Shown here one piece after another: positions 17,781 through 28,293 of a DNA stretch of 64,000 nt. Numbering within the stretch: the first letter of the stretch is position 1; each line of letters begins with the position of its first letter. Source of the stretch: Acidimicrobiia bacterium (GTDB taxonomy: Bacteria > Actinomycetota > Acidimicrobiia > Spongiisociales > ZC4RG35). The DNA lies in assembly GCA_965215185.1 (NCBI GenBank), contig OZ244034.1, positions 2,336,001 through 2,400,000 of the forward strand, given 5' to 3'. Below the pieces are notes generated by a model. It was given only the letters and a program-made list of their open reading frames with translations. It ran no database searches and was not told where the DNA came from. The position numbers and the translations under genes were made by a program.

Positions 17781-18674
17781 CTACACGTAGGTCCGTTTGC
17801 GAGGGTCGTATCGGGCCCGCAGGGCGTCGCCCAGCAGGTTGATCGACAACACCACGAAGGTGATGGCGATCCCCGGGAAGGCCACCACCCACCAAGCATC
17901 CTGGATGAACTCCCGTCCACCCGCCAGCATCCCTCCCCAACTGATATCGGGAGAGACCACTCCCAGTCCCAGGAAGCTGAGCGCACTTTCGGCCAGAATC
18001 ATGGTGCCCACTTCCAAAGTAGCCAACACCAGCACCGTGCCCCCCACGTTGGGCAAGACGTGCCGGAGAATTATCCGCATGGATGAGGCGCCCGCCGCTC
18101 GCAACCCCAGGATGAAGGGGCGCTCGCGAAGAGAAAGGGCCTCGGCTCGGATGACGCGGGCGTACTGCGCCCAGCTGATGATGGCCAACACCGCCACCAG
18201 CACCGTCAATGACCTGCCCCGGCTGACGATGATGGCGATGGCCAAAAGGATGAAGGGAAGCGCCAGTTGGGCGTCGACTACCCGGGCGATGACGGTGTCC
18301 ATCCACCCCCGGCGATAACCGGCGATCATCCCCAGCAGCGTTCCAAACACCGATCCAAACAGCACCGCCGCGATAGCGATCACGAAGGTCAGCCGACCGC
18401 CATAGATAAGGCGGGCCAGCAGGTCCCGGCCCAGTTGGTCGGTGCCGAGTGGATGCTCCCACGTGCCGCCCTCCAAGAAGATGGGCGGAATCAGCCGGGC
18501 CCGCAAATCCTGGAGCCCCGGATCGACCAGGGGGAGGAGCGGCGCAACCAGTACCACCAGGCCCAACAGCACCAGGGGCAGTCCCATCATCCACAGCGAC
18601 CGGTTGTTGGCCCGGCGTACCCTATTGGCCTGCTTCCCCAACACAGCGCCGGTCAGCATTCTTCCAAACATCAT
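17781..18674 (-). CDS. ABC transporter permease (OppC-like)
   Basis: HPLGTDQLGRDLL, ESALSFLGLG, NLLGDALR. Confidence 0.92.
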   Translation of the reverse strand: MMFGRMLTGAVLGKQANRVRRANNRSLWMMGLPLVLLGLVVLVAPLLPLVDPGLQDLRARLIPPIFLEGGTWEHPLGTDQLGRDLLARLIYGGRLTFVIAIAAVLFGSVFGTLLGMIAGYRRGWMDTVIARVVDAQLALPFILLAIAIIVSRGRSLTVLVAVLAIISWAQYARVIRAEALSLRERPFILGLRAAGASSMRIILRHVLPNVGGTVLVLATLEVGTMILAESALSFLGLGVVSPDISWGGMLAGGREFIQDAWWVVAFPGIAITFVVLSINLLGDALRARYDPRKRTYV

Positions 18675-19600
18675 GATCCCTGCTCCCGGATCCGGGGATC
18701 GATGATCCCATAGACCAGGTCCACGGTCAGGTTGATCAGTACGAAGGTGACGGCCCCCACTATCACTATGGCCTGCACCAAGGAAAAGTCGCGAAATTGG
18801 ACGGCCTGGGTGGCCAGGGTGCCCAGCCCAGGCCAGGCGAACACGAATTCCACGGTCACCGCGCCGGAAAGAAGGGTGCCGGCCTGCAGCCCCATGATGG
18901 TCACCACCGGCAGGGCGGCATTACGAATGGCATGGGCGACAACCACGGTGCGTTCTTTGAGGCCCTGCGCTCGAGCGGAGGTGATGTAGGTCTCCTCCAA
19001 CACTTCGCTCAGACTGGACCGAGCCAGGCGGGCGATCCGGGCCATGGGCAGCACCGACAGAGTCACCGCCGGCAGCACCAGATGCTGCCAGGTACCTGAC
19101 TGCCCGGCCGGCAGCCATCCCCAGGCCACCGCAAACAAGAGGATGAACATCAGACCCAGCCAGAAAAGAGGTATCGACTGGCCCAGCAGCGCCACGAACA
19201 CTGAGATACGATCCCAGATCTTTCCCTCCTTGAGTGCGGCCACCACCCCCAAAGGAAGGCCGATCAGGGTGGCGATCAGCATGGCCGCCAAGGTCAATTG
19301 GATCGAAGAGGGAAAGCGGCCCAGAATCAACTCCCAGTTGGGGCGGCTGTAACGGAGGGATTTCCCCAGGTCGAACGAAGCCAACTGGCCGAGATAGTTC
19401 ACGAACTGAACGGGCAACGGCTTGTCCAACCCGAGTTCGATCTGCTTGTCCAGCACCTGCTCCTCGGTGGCGAATTCTCCCAGGATGTTGCGAGCCGGAT
19501 CGCCGGCGGTGCGGGCCAGGAAGAAGGCCAGGCTGAGAGCGATCAGAAGAGTGATCAGCGCTCCCAGGAGTTTCGGAGCCATGAACCGCACAAAGCTCAC
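18671..19600 (-). CDS. ABC transporter permease (OppB-like)
   Basis: LGLDKPLPVQF, YITSARAQGL, HAIRNA, FAWPGLG, IDPRI. Confidence 0.92.
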   Translation of the reverse strand: MSFVRFMAPKLLGALITLLIALSLAFFLARTAGDPARNILGEFATEEQVLDKQIELGLDKPLPVQFVNYLGQLASFDLGKSLRYSRPNWELILGRFPSSIQLTLAAMLIATLIGLPLGVVAALKEGKIWDRISVFVALLGQSIPLFWLGLMFILLFAVAWGWLPAGQSGTWQHLVLPAVTLSVLPMARIARLARSSLSEVLEETYITSARAQGLKERTVVVAHAIRNAALPVVTIMGLQAGTLLSGAVTVEFVFAWPGLGTLATQAVQFRDFSLVQAIVIVGAVTFVLINLTVDLVYGIIDPRIREQGS

Positions 19601-20433
19601 CGGGTGGCCTCCTCAACATCCTGACCAATGGCCTCCTCCAGAGCCGAGCGATCCCAGTCCTTGCCGGGAATGGCTGCTATCAGTTGACGGGTGTAGGGGT
19701 GGGAAGGTGACGCCAGCAGATCTTCGGTATCGCCGGATTCCACCACCCGGCCGTCTTTCATGACATACACCCGGTCGCACAGGTTTCGGACCACGCTCAG
19801 ATCGTGGCTGATCAAAAGTACCGCGATTTGCTCGTCGGAGCGCAGCTGCAACAGCAGATTCAGAATTTGGGCCTGCACCGATACATCCAGAGCCGAGGTC
19901 GGTTCATCGGCTACCAACAGCGAGGGACGAAGCAGGAGGGCTCGGGCTATCGAGACTCGCTGGGCCTGGCCTCCGCTCAGCTCGTGAGGGAGATGGTCAA
20001 GAAGGTCTTCGGTCAGACCCACCTTGGCCAGCAGTTCCAAGTCGGTTGCCCAACCGGTTCGATCGTGATGAAGAGATCGTAGTTCGGATAGCCCTTGGCG
20101 CACCGTTTGACGGGGATCGAGCGAACCGTGCGGATCCTGGAACACCACCTGGATTTGGGAACGCAAACGACGCATCCGCGAGCGGGAGATGCCGATGATG
20201 GATTCGCCTGCCAGGTTGATCCGGCCTTCAGTGATCTTCCCCAAAAGCGCCGTGGCCAAAGCCAGGGTGGTCTTGCCCGATCCCGATTCTCCCACCAGGC
20301 CGATTATCTCACCCGCCTCGATATACAAGGAGACGCCGTCCACCGCCACCACATCGGGTCTTCTACCGACACCCCGCTCAGAAAAAACCACCCGCAAATC
20401 TTCGATTTCGAGAACGGGTGGGGTGGTAGTCAC
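19597..20433 (-). CDS. ABC transporter ATP-binding protein (OppF-like)
   Basis: [37 protein letters not shown]. Confidence 0.92.
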   Translation of the reverse strand: MTTTPPVLEIEDLRVVFSERGVGRRPDVVAVDGVSLYIEAGEIIGLVGESGSGKTTLALATALLGKITEGRINLAGESIIGISRSRMRRLRSQIQVVFQDPHGSLDPRQTVRQGLSELRSLHHDRTGWATDLELLAKVGLTEDLLDHLPHELSGGQAQRVSIARALLLRPSLLVADEPTSALDVSVQAQILNLLLQLRSDEQIAVLLISHDLSVVRNLCDRVYVMKDGRVVESGDTEDLLASPSHPYTRQLIAAIPGKDWDRSALEEAIGQDVEEATR

Positions 20434-20445
20434 ATTCGGTCCTGG

Positions 20446-21468
20446 TTATCCAGAAAAGCGGGGGACGACTTGCGACCCTATCCCTTCAATGGCCTCCAGC
20501 GTCTCTTCTAGGCTGGGGCCTTGGAAGTGGCGAAGCCGCACGATTATCTCCTCCGGTCCCACCAGTTCGATCCACTTCGGCAGCGTCTCCAGCCAGTGCT
20601 CCAGCGACCCGCACAGCACCCGGTCGATCAGCACATGATCAACGGTCAGATCAGCCGGACCGGAGAGGTCGGCGAACCACGGCTCGTATTTGGGGTGGTA
20701 GCTGTTGCCTCTCTCCATGTATACCCGGTGATAACCGAGCACATATTCTCCGTAGGTGTCCCGAGCTACTTGATCGGTCTCTCCCAGCCAGGCTTCTCGC
20801 AGCATGACGATTCTGGGTTTTCTCCCCACCTTCTCGCATTCCTCCCGGTACACCTTGGCGAGGTCGGCCAGCCAGTGGATGTTGCGGATCGGTCCGGTTA
20901 TCCAACCGTCCGCATATCGGGCGGCTCGTCTAACGCCGCCCGGTGACCAGGCGCCAGCGAAGACTTCCAACTCCACATCTGCTACCGCCTCATCGCGGAT
21001 GGGGGTCCTGCCCTGATACGGGCCGTCCAGGATTAATTCCTTACCGGCCAGATAGGCGTTGATGGCCTCCAAACCCTGCTCCATCCGCGCCGCTCGTTGC
21101 CCGTGATCCACTCCCATTATCTGGAAATCCCCTTCCATGTAACCGGCCCCTACACAAAGCCGGAACCGTCCGGGGTGAAGAGCGGCCAGCATGGTGGCAT
21201 CCTGAACAACTTCCACCGGATGGTGCAGGGGCAGTACCACAAGCCCTGCAGCAAACATGATCCCCTCTACTTTCCCCAAGCCGTAGGCAGAGAGCAGTAT
21301 CGGGTTGTGCGAGTAGGACGTGGCACCGGAACTGCGCCGTTCGCCGGTGTACACGCAGTGGAACCCCGCAGCAGCCGCAGCGGCGGACTCCCGGACGAAA
21401 CCGGACAGGTCATAGATGCGCCGACCCTCTTCGAATACCTGGTTGGGCGGTGCGATACTGAAACGAAT
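20446..21468 (-). CDS. LLM-class oxidoreductase with no canonical start at the homologous N-terminus
   Basis: Frame extends upstream of 21354 to ATT CGT TTC AGT (IRFSIAPP), matching the paralog start MRFSLAVP at 28282; in-frame TAG near 21488. Confidence 0.8.
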   Translation of the reverse strand: MRFSIAPPNQVFEEGRRIYDLSGFVRESAAAAAAGFHCVYTGERRSSGATSYSHNPILLSAYGLGKVEGIMFAAGLVVLPLHHPVEVVQDATMLAALHPGRFRLCVGAGYMEGDFQIMGVDHGQRAARMEQGLEAINAYLAGKELILDGPYQGRTPIRDEAVADVELEVFAGAWSPGGVRRAARYADGWITGPIRNIHWLADLAKVYREECEKVGRKPRIVMLREAWLGETDQVARDTYGEYVLGYHRVYMERGNSYHPKYEPWFADLSGPADLTVDHVLIDRVLCGSLEHWLETLPKWIELVGPEEIIVRLRHFQGPSLEETLEAIEGIGSQVVPRFSG

Positions 21469-21570
21469 AGCTGAATCCGGTGACGACTATAGACAAAGAG
21501 TAGCCCCCTGCCACCATAATCCCGATAGCCTCACCTATCTTGGGACCAAGAGATCGAAAGGAGCTTGAGG

Positions 21571-22986
21571 TTGGAATACCAGGATTACGACGCCATGGGG
21601 CTGGCCGAGTTGGTGCGAGAAGGCGAAACGACACCATCTGAGTTGCTGGAGACGGCCATCGGCGAGATCGAACGGCTGAATCCGGTGCTGAACGCTGTGA
21701 ACCGCAAGATGTACGACGAAGCCCGCTCTGCGATCAACAGCGGTCTGCCCGAAGGGTCCTTCACCGGAGTTCCCTTTCTGCTCAAGGACCTACGGGCGGC
21801 TTACGCCGGGGTTCCCACCGTGGCAGGTAGCGCCTTCTTCGCGGACAGGGTTGCTCCTCACGACAGCGAATTGGTTCGCCGATACAAGGCGGCAGGCCTG
21901 GTGATCGCCGGCAAGACAAACACTCCCGAGTTCGGCGGAGCACCGACCACCGAACCCAGCCTGTACGGACCCACTCGTAATCCTTGGAACCTGAATCACT
22001 CAAGCGGCGGCTCGAGCGGCGGCTCTGCGGCGGCGGTGGCCGCCGGAATGGTGCCGGCCGCCCATGGGAGCGACGGTGGAGGATCGCTTCGCATTCCGGC
22101 GGCATGCTGCGGGGTGTTCAGCATCAAACCCACCCGGGGGAGGACACCGGCCGGGCCCGACTTCGGTGAAGCCTGGAACGGATTGAGCGCCGAGCACGTC
22201 ATCAGCCGCACAGTGCGAGATAGCGCCGCTCTGTTGGACGTCACCACCGGCCCCTCGCCGGGGGATCCATACTCGGTGCCGAGGGCCAAGGAGCCATTCT
22301 TGGATTCAGCCTCTCGGCCACCGGGTCGCCTCCGGGTGGCCTTCACTTCTTCCACTGCGGCCGGACCCGCTCATCCGGACTGCGTGGAAGCAGTGGACAA
22401 GACGGTAAGACTTCTTTCAGAGCTGGGCCACGAGGTCACAGAAGACAGTCCGGAATGGGATCGCCTCACCGTGGGCGCCGCCTTCCGGCTGCTGATCGCC
22501 GCCAACGTGCAGGCGGGAATCGACGAGTATGCCGAGCAGAAGGGTCGGCGCCCCCGAGACGACGAACTGGAGAACGTCATCCGGGTGCTAGGCGGCGAGA
22601 GCTACGACTCCACCTCGATAGACATGGTGAGAGCAACCTGGGCGATGCATCGCAGCGGTCGGGCCGTGGCGCCTTTCTTCGAGAAATACGATGTGTGGTT
22701 GACCCCCACGGTGGCCACACCTCCCCCGCCGCTGGGCCAGATCGACATGACAACCGATGACATCGACGGTTACCTGGTGACGGTGTTCGGGTTCATACCC
22801 TTCACCGCCATCGCCAACATAGCCGGGATCCCGGCCATGTCGGTGCCCCTCCACTGGAACTCGGATGGTTTGCCCATAGGAGTCCACTTCGTAGCCGGCT
22901 ACGCCCGGGATGATCTTTTGTTCAGCCTGGCAGCACAACTGGAGGAAGCCCGGCCTTGGGCCACGCGTCGCCCACTATTGAGGTAG
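21571..22986 (+). CDS. Amidase signature family protein
   Basis: [35 protein letters not shown]. Confidence 0.94.
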   Translation: MEYQDYDAMGLAELVREGETTPSELLETAIGEIERLNPVLNAVNRKMYDEARSAINSGLPEGSFTGVPFLLKDLRAAYAGVPTVAGSAFFADRVAPHDSELVRRYKAAGLVIAGKTNTPEFGGAPTTEPSLYGPTRNPWNLNHSSGGSSGGSAAAVAAGMVPAAHGSDGGGSLRIPAACCGVFSIKPTRGRTPAGPDFGEAWNGLSAEHVISRTVRDSAALLDVTTGPSPGDPYSVPRAKEPFLDSASRPPGRLRVAFTSSTAAGPAHPDCVEAVDKTVRLLSELGHEVTEDSPEWDRLTVGAAFRLLIAANVQAGIDEYAEQKGRRPRDDELENVIRVLGGESYDSTSIDMVRATWAMHRSGRAVAPFFEKYDVWLTPTVATPPPPLGQIDMTTDDIDGYLVTVFGFIPFTAIANIAGIPAMSVPLHWNSDGLPIGVHFVAGYARDDLLFSLAAQLEEARPWATRRPLLR

Positions 22987-23151
22987 TCCCGCAGGCCAGC
23001 TAAAATTTGGAAGGCTTCGATCCGGCAGTTGCCGCGAGTCCACTCCCGGAAGGTCAGGATCGTACCGACAGGTTTCCTTTCTTGAATTCCGGAGCGAGCC
23101 AACAATGCCGCAGGTCGCAACCGGTACACAGTCCGGTGACGCAGTGGGCAG

Positions 23152-23951
23152 CATGTTCCTGGCCGCCCAGAGTTGGCCCGATCCCCTCGTTACCTGCCCT
23201 GGTTGTCATCTCCGGCTACCTGGCGTCCGGTGGAGCCAACGCTCTCAATCACGGCTTGGAAGATGACCTGGACCAGAAGATGCGGCGCACCCGCCGTCGC
23301 CCGGTTGCCAGCGGAAGATTATCCAAAACGCAGGCTTTCGTCTTCGGAACAGTTCTCAACCTGGCCGCCTTCACCGTCTTGGCGGCCTTTGTGAACGTCC
23401 TCAGCGGCGTGCTAGCCCTGAGCGGCACCATCATATACATATTCGTTTACACCAAAGGCCTCAAGCGGACCACCCCCCAGAACATCGTGATCGGAGGGGC
23501 GGCGGGTGCGGTTCCGCCGCTGGTCGGGTGGGCCGCCGTAACAGGAACGGTTGAACTGCCGGCCCTCTACCTCTTTGCCATCATTTTTCTGTGGACACCC
23601 CCGCACTTTTGGGCTCTGGCCTTGTTGATCAAGGACGATTACGCCCGCGCCGGGATCCCGATGCTGCCGGTCGTCTCCACTCTGGCAGTTACCAAGCGTC
23701 AGATCCTCATCTACACCGTGGTGCTGGTTGGGCTTTCCATGTCATTAGCGACCACCGGGGCGGTAGGGTGGATCTACCTGGTCGGCGCCTTCACACTGGG
23801 GGCAGGGTTCACAATCCGGGCAATCCGGCTCGCAAGGGGAGAAGGAATAGAGGGCGCCAAGGCTTTGTATCTGTTTTCGCTCTCATATCTTGCCCTGCTG
23901 TTCGTTGTTGTGGCGGCTGATTCGGTGCTGGGCAGGTTCGTCATAGGTTGA
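23152..23951 (+). pseudogene. cyoE: Heme o synthase (protoheme IX farnesyltransferase), 5'-truncated or frameshifted
   Basis: ANALN...DLDQKMRRTRRRP, LKRTTPQNIVIGGAAGA, WTPPHFWAL, DDYARAGIPMLP; the N-terminal helix is missing and MFLAAQSWPDP is out of frame. Confidence 0.75.
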
Positions 23952-24080
23952 GTCAAGACTTAAAGAGCAACACCGGACCGGTGAGCACGGTCCACACCGA
24001 GCTTCGCTTTGGTCGCTACCAAGGAAACGACGGGGCCGACTCATGTCGACCCCGTCGTATTCTCTGTTTGGATTCGGGTT

Positions 24081-25760
24081 CTACTCCTGGAAGTAGATCC
24101 CCTCGTAGTCGATTTGCAAATCGAGGCGATGGTTGAATCCGCCCACCCCGGTGGTGTAGGCGAAATTGTCCACCTGGTCGTACACCGAGACCCAGCAGAC
24201 CAAGTCGATGAGGACGATCCGCTCAACCTCGCTGTAGACCGCGTTGCGCTTCGCCTCGGTCTCTGCCGTTGCACCCAGCACTGCCAGTTTGTCCAGCCTC
24301 TCGTCGGTGCAGGCCTTCACCAATCCGGCGGAGGTGAAGGTTGTGCGCATAAAGACGTCCTCATGCGGATACCGCACATCGAAAGGAAGCTGGTGACTGC
24401 CGGCCAACTGGTTGGTAAACAGCGCAACAATGAACTCACCCGGTTCCAGACCGCGGGCATCCAGTGGCAACCCGACCGCCTCCAGCATGCCGACCACGGC
24501 TTCGCCGATGTCCCTGTCACTTATGTAGCGGCCGATCGTGTAGTTGATCGGAATGGGCGGGATGTCGCCCTCCGCCTGCACTTCGGCAATCAACTCCCTC
24601 GCCTTGTCCGGATCGTACGGGTAGTAGTCGTCAGCATGCGCCCCGGTGCTGGCGAAGAAATTGTGATAGGCGTTGGGGTTGGCGATACCACCCCGACCCA
24701 ATAGCACTCCTTCTACCAAGGCTTCCCGATCAATGGCATGGGCGATTGCCTTGCGGAGACGGACGTCTTCCAACTGCGGAGAGTTGATGTTCATGCCTAT
24801 GAAGAACTTGTTCCCGCCGGGCGCGGCGGAGAGGACCAGACTGTCATCCTCTTCAACTTCATCGAAGAGCTGGGGAGACAGGGTCACGATCATGTCGGCG
24901 TCGCCGGTTTGCAGAAGAGCCAAACGGGTGTTGGCGTCTGCCGCCCAGGTCCATTCGACACCGTCCAGGTTGGGAGCGCCGTTCCAGTAGTTCTCGTTGG
25001 CGGAGGCCCTGATCATCTCACCGGGAATCCACTCCTCAAGAACCAACGGGCCGGTGCCCACCGGCGCCAAACCGAATTGTTCGGCGCCCACTTCCGCCAT
25101 GTAGGCGGGCGGAAACACGAATGTCTCGGTGAGGAGAGCGGGGAGCAGTCCGATCCCCGTCCTGGTGGTGGTGGTGATCTCAAAGGTCGTGTCATCGATG
25201 GCCTGAGCGTCAGCGATCAGCGTGAAGTAGACCCGCAGTCCGCCGGTATCCCGATTGGCGCGCACGGAGGCAGCCGCAGCTTCGGCGTTGAAAGGCTCGC
25301 CGTTGTGGAAGGACACACCTTCGCGCACGGTAAACCTCCAGGTCAGATCATCGACCTGCTCGTAGGCGGTGATCAGGCCGCTGGGCTCGGGATGGTTGTC
25401 GGCGTTCTTTTCCATGAGAACGTCGATGATTCCCCGCGAGACCTGCTGGGCGAAGCGAGAAGTGGCTATTGAGGGGTTGAGAGAACGAGGCTCGGTGCCG
25501 ATCACCATCCGCAGGACGCCGCCGTCCACCTTGGTGGGCCCGGCCGCGGTGGTCTCGGTCATCTCCTCGTCATCCTCCATCTCTGCTGCCGTGGTAGTGG
25601 TGGCGGTCGTGGTGGCGGTCGTGGTCTCGGGGGTGGGCTCGGGCGCCGCAGTGGGGGCGGTTTCCTCATCGTCAGCGCCACAGGCGGCTACCAATAAGGC
25701 CAGCGTCGCCAAGACTGCAATCAGCTTGACGCCCAAAACCTGGCGGTTTCTCAGTCGCAT
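24081..25760 (-). CDS. ABC substrate-binding lipoprotein, family 5 (OppA/DppA-like)
   Basis: Lipobox LVAAC, Thr-rich linker, REGVSFHNGEPFNA, PVGTGP, RLRKAIAHAIDR. Confidence 0.93.
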   Translation of the reverse strand: MRLRNRQVLGVKLIAVLATLALLVAACGADDEETAPTAAPEPTPETTTATTTATTTTAAEMEDDEEMTETTAAGPTKVDGGVLRMVIGTEPRSLNPSIATSRFAQQVSRGIIDVLMEKNADNHPEPSGLITAYEQVDDLTWRFTVREGVSFHNGEPFNAEAAAASVRANRDTGGLRVYFTLIADAQAIDDTTFEITTTTRTGIGLLPALLTETFVFPPAYMAEVGAEQFGLAPVGTGPLVLEEWIPGEMIRASANENYWNGAPNLDGVEWTWAADANTRLALLQTGDADMIVTLSPQLFDEVEEDDSLVLSAAPGGNKFFIGMNINSPQLEDVRLRKAIAHAIDREALVEGVLLGRGGIANPNAYHNFFASTGAHADDYYPYDPDKARELIAEVQAEGDIPPIPINYTIGRYISDRDIGEAVVGMLEAVGLPLDARGLEPGEFIVALFTNQLAGSHQLPFDVRYPHEDVFMRTTFTSAGLVKACTDERLDKLAVLGATAETEAKRNAVYSEVERIVLIDLVCWVSVYDQVDNFAYTTGVGGFNHRLDLQIDYEGIYFQE

Positions 25761-25878
25761 CGTTCTTCTCCTTTTTGATTAGCTGCGAATCCGGTGTAGC
25801 GGATCTCTTTACACACCAATCGGTATCAAAACAATATTTAGCATAAAGCCCTTCAGGCCGTGATGGGGAATGCAGCGA

Positions 25879-26886
25879 CTATTGCCTTCGAGGTGTGGGA
25901 ATCATTTTGCCGGGCCATCCCACCCCGTAGGTGAACTCTCCGGGTTGGACCATGGCTGGCCGAGCAGGCGCCAACATGAGGAATGGCTTTTCTGTGACGG
26001 TGAACTCCCTCATCGGCCCCGGACCCCACAACTCGAACCCCGGACCCATGCCGGCCTGCGATCCGATTTCGTCAACAATGAACTCTTCGACACGCTCTCC
26101 CGTCACAAGATCTGTTATCCATCCCACCGGACCAGTCTCTGCCCTGATACCTACTTGAGACGGTCCGTACCGCCCGTCGAGTGCCCCGGCATGAGAAGCC
26201 AGGAACACTTTCACCTGATCCAGGATCGCAACCCGGTCGGGCCCGGTGGGATCTGAGTCAAGGTGACCGCGGTAGCGCAAGGTGTTGAGACACCCCTCCA
26301 CTCCCAGCGTCGGGTCGTTTGACTCTCCACCACCGAACTCGGCGAGGAAGGAGGACCCCCCGGCGGCGGTTACCGCTTGACTGAGTTGTCCGGGGACATG
26401 GCGGTTGATCACCACCGGGAGGTAACCGAACGAAGCGCTGAGATCCAGGTCACCGTAGTCGTAGGTGTAGTGCAATCCCCGCCCGGGAGTCCCGGAATGG
26501 AGGTCAACGACGCAATCAGTCTCGTCCAATAGAGCGGATAGCAGAGCATGCGCCAGCTGATCGCTCAAGAATCCGGCCTGCCGACCTGGAAAACGGCGGT
26601 TCAACTGGAAGCCATCGGGGTTGTCCCGGGTGCCGACGGTGAGCCCGAACAGATTGGAGGCTGGTACCAGTATGACCTTTCCGGCCAGATCGGAGTTGAG
26701 CAATCTCTTGCGCAATTCGTGGACCGCCAACGCTGCCAAGGGCTTGTCTCCTATGATCCCCGCCACGATGGCGGTGGCCGGACCGGACCGGGCGCCCACC
26801 AGGCGGTGAAACCTGATCTTCCAGGTTCCACCATCCACCCGGCGGGATCCGGCTTCAACCTCGTAAATCGCCTCTGTCACACCCAT
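25879..26886 (-). CDS. Succinylglutamate desuccinylase/aspartoacylase (M14-like) family protein
   Basis: Start MGVTEAI at 26886; LNRRFPG, VVDLHSG, LAEFGGG; HxxE replaced by IGDK. Confidence 0.8.
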   Translation of the reverse strand: MGVTEAIYEVEAGSRRVDGGTWKIRFHRLVGARSGPATAIVAGIIGDKPLAALAVHELRKRLLNSDLAGKVILVPASNLFGLTVGTRDNPDGFQLNRRFPGRQAGFLSDQLAHALLSALLDETDCVVDLHSGTPGRGLHYTYDYGDLDLSASFGYLPVVINRHVPGQLSQAVTAAGGSSFLAEFGGGESNDPTLGVEGCLNTLRYRGHLDSDPTGPDRVAILDQVKVFLASHAGALDGRYGPSQVGIRAETGPVGWITDLVTGERVEEFIVDEIGSQAGMGPGFELWGPGPMREFTVTEKPFLMLAPARPAMVQPGEFTYGVGWPGKMIPTPRRQ

Positions 26887-27235
26887 GTTTTGCTCCTTGC
26901 TTCTGATTTGTCGCCGTATTACGTGAAACCCCACTCTGCTCAGCCAACAATTTCCAACCGCCGTTCTTGAAATTGTCCCATGACCCGCCCATATTGATAG
27001 CAGCCACAAACACCTCCCGGACCACCCCGACGTCAGCGGTCCGCATGCAGGTCACATTTCCGAACCGACCCCCCGGTCTCACCGGGTCTCCCGCGCTCGG
27101 ACCTCGGCGGCGGGGGTGGGGGTGGGGCCCAATCGGAGAGGGGTCTGTCCGGGGATTTCGCGAGATAGTGATGGTATTGGAGGTCTGATGTCATGGTCGT
27201 TTTTGACCACGGCGGGTACGACAATACGGTAGCTC

Positions 27236-28282
27236 TCAATTGAACCGCGGGATAATCTCACGGCCGATGCGTTCGATTACCCGCAAAGTGTCATGGGGAG
27301 GAGGTCCGCTTTGGAAACGCAGCCGCAGCACGAACTCCTCGGGTTGAATGGTTTCTACCCATCCTTCGAGAAGCTCTATCCAGGTATCGACTGATCCCAC
27401 CATGAACCGATCCTCCAGCAGGTGGTGGAGGGCCAGTTCCTCCTTCCGGTCGATCTCCCGCAACCACGGATCCACCCCCACGTCATAGGGTTTGCCCTCC
27501 CCGGTCTCTTCACTCTTCCACCCTCCCTGCATGCGGGGGAAGTACTCCGCATGAGCATGAACAACATGCGGGCCGTATTCGGCGCGGGCCTGTTCGTCGG
27601 TGTCGGCCAGCCAGGCTTCCCGCAACAACCCGATGCGGGGCGCCTTGCCGTGCGCACGGCACTCCTCCCGGTAAACCTCGGCCAGTTCGGCCACGACCTT
27701 TCCGGTGCGCATCGGGTCGGGCAACCACCCGTCGGCCAGGCGAGCGGTCCGTCGCACCCCTGCCTCGGCCCATGAACCCACCCACACTTCCGGCATGTGA
27801 GGTCCCATAGCCGGATCGAGAGCCGGTACCGGTCCTCTTCCCACGTCGATACTGATCTCCCCATTGCGGAAAGCGTTGATGATCTCAAGCCCCTCCTCCA
27901 TGTCCCTGCCACGCCGGGACAATTCCTTCCCGAACATCTCGAAGGCGTGCTCGTTGTACCCCGCTCCCACTCCCAGCCGGAACCTTCCCGGATAAAGGGA
28001 GTTCAACACCGTGGCGTCCTGAATCACCTGGTACGGATCCCGCAGCGGCAACTGCACCACGGTCACCGCGAAATTCAAACGGGTGGTGGCTTGCAGCGCC
28101 GAAGCGGCCAGAACGTGGGGACTGGTGGTGTAGGCGGTCACGCCGATCCGTCGCTCCCCCACCACCACCGAGTAGAAACCGGCTCGCTCGGCAGCCTGGC
28201 ACTCGGCTATGAAGGCGTCAAAATCGAACTCGTAACGTCCGTTGACGATTCGCTGCAGGGGTACGGCCAGGCTGAAACGCAA
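27236..28282 (-). CDS. LLM-class flavin-dependent oxidoreductase
   Basis: AERAGFYSVVVGERR, GRFRLGVGAGY, RTARLADGW. Confidence 0.9.
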   Translation of the reverse strand: MRFSLAVPLQRIVNGRYEFDFDAFIAECQAAERAGFYSVVVGERRIGVTAYTTSPHVLAASALQATTRLNFAVTVVQLPLRDPYQVIQDATVLNSLYPGRFRLGVGAGYNEHAFEMFGKELSRRGRDMEEGLEIINAFRNGEISIDVGRGPVPALDPAMGPHMPEVWVGSWAEAGVRRTARLADGWLPDPMRTGKVVAELAEVYREECRAHGKAPRIGLLREAWLADTDEQARAEYGPHVVHAHAEYFPRMQGGWKSEETGEGKPYDVGVDPWLREIDRKEELALHHLLEDRFMVGSVDTWIELLEGWVETIQPEEFVLRLRFQSGPPPHDTLRVIERIGREIIPRFN

Positions 28283-28293
28283 CTTGCTTCTCC

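Noticed and set aside
27105-27145. G-run tract (possible G-quadruplex) in an intergenic region
   Set aside because: Single occurrence in high-GC DNA, with no other support.
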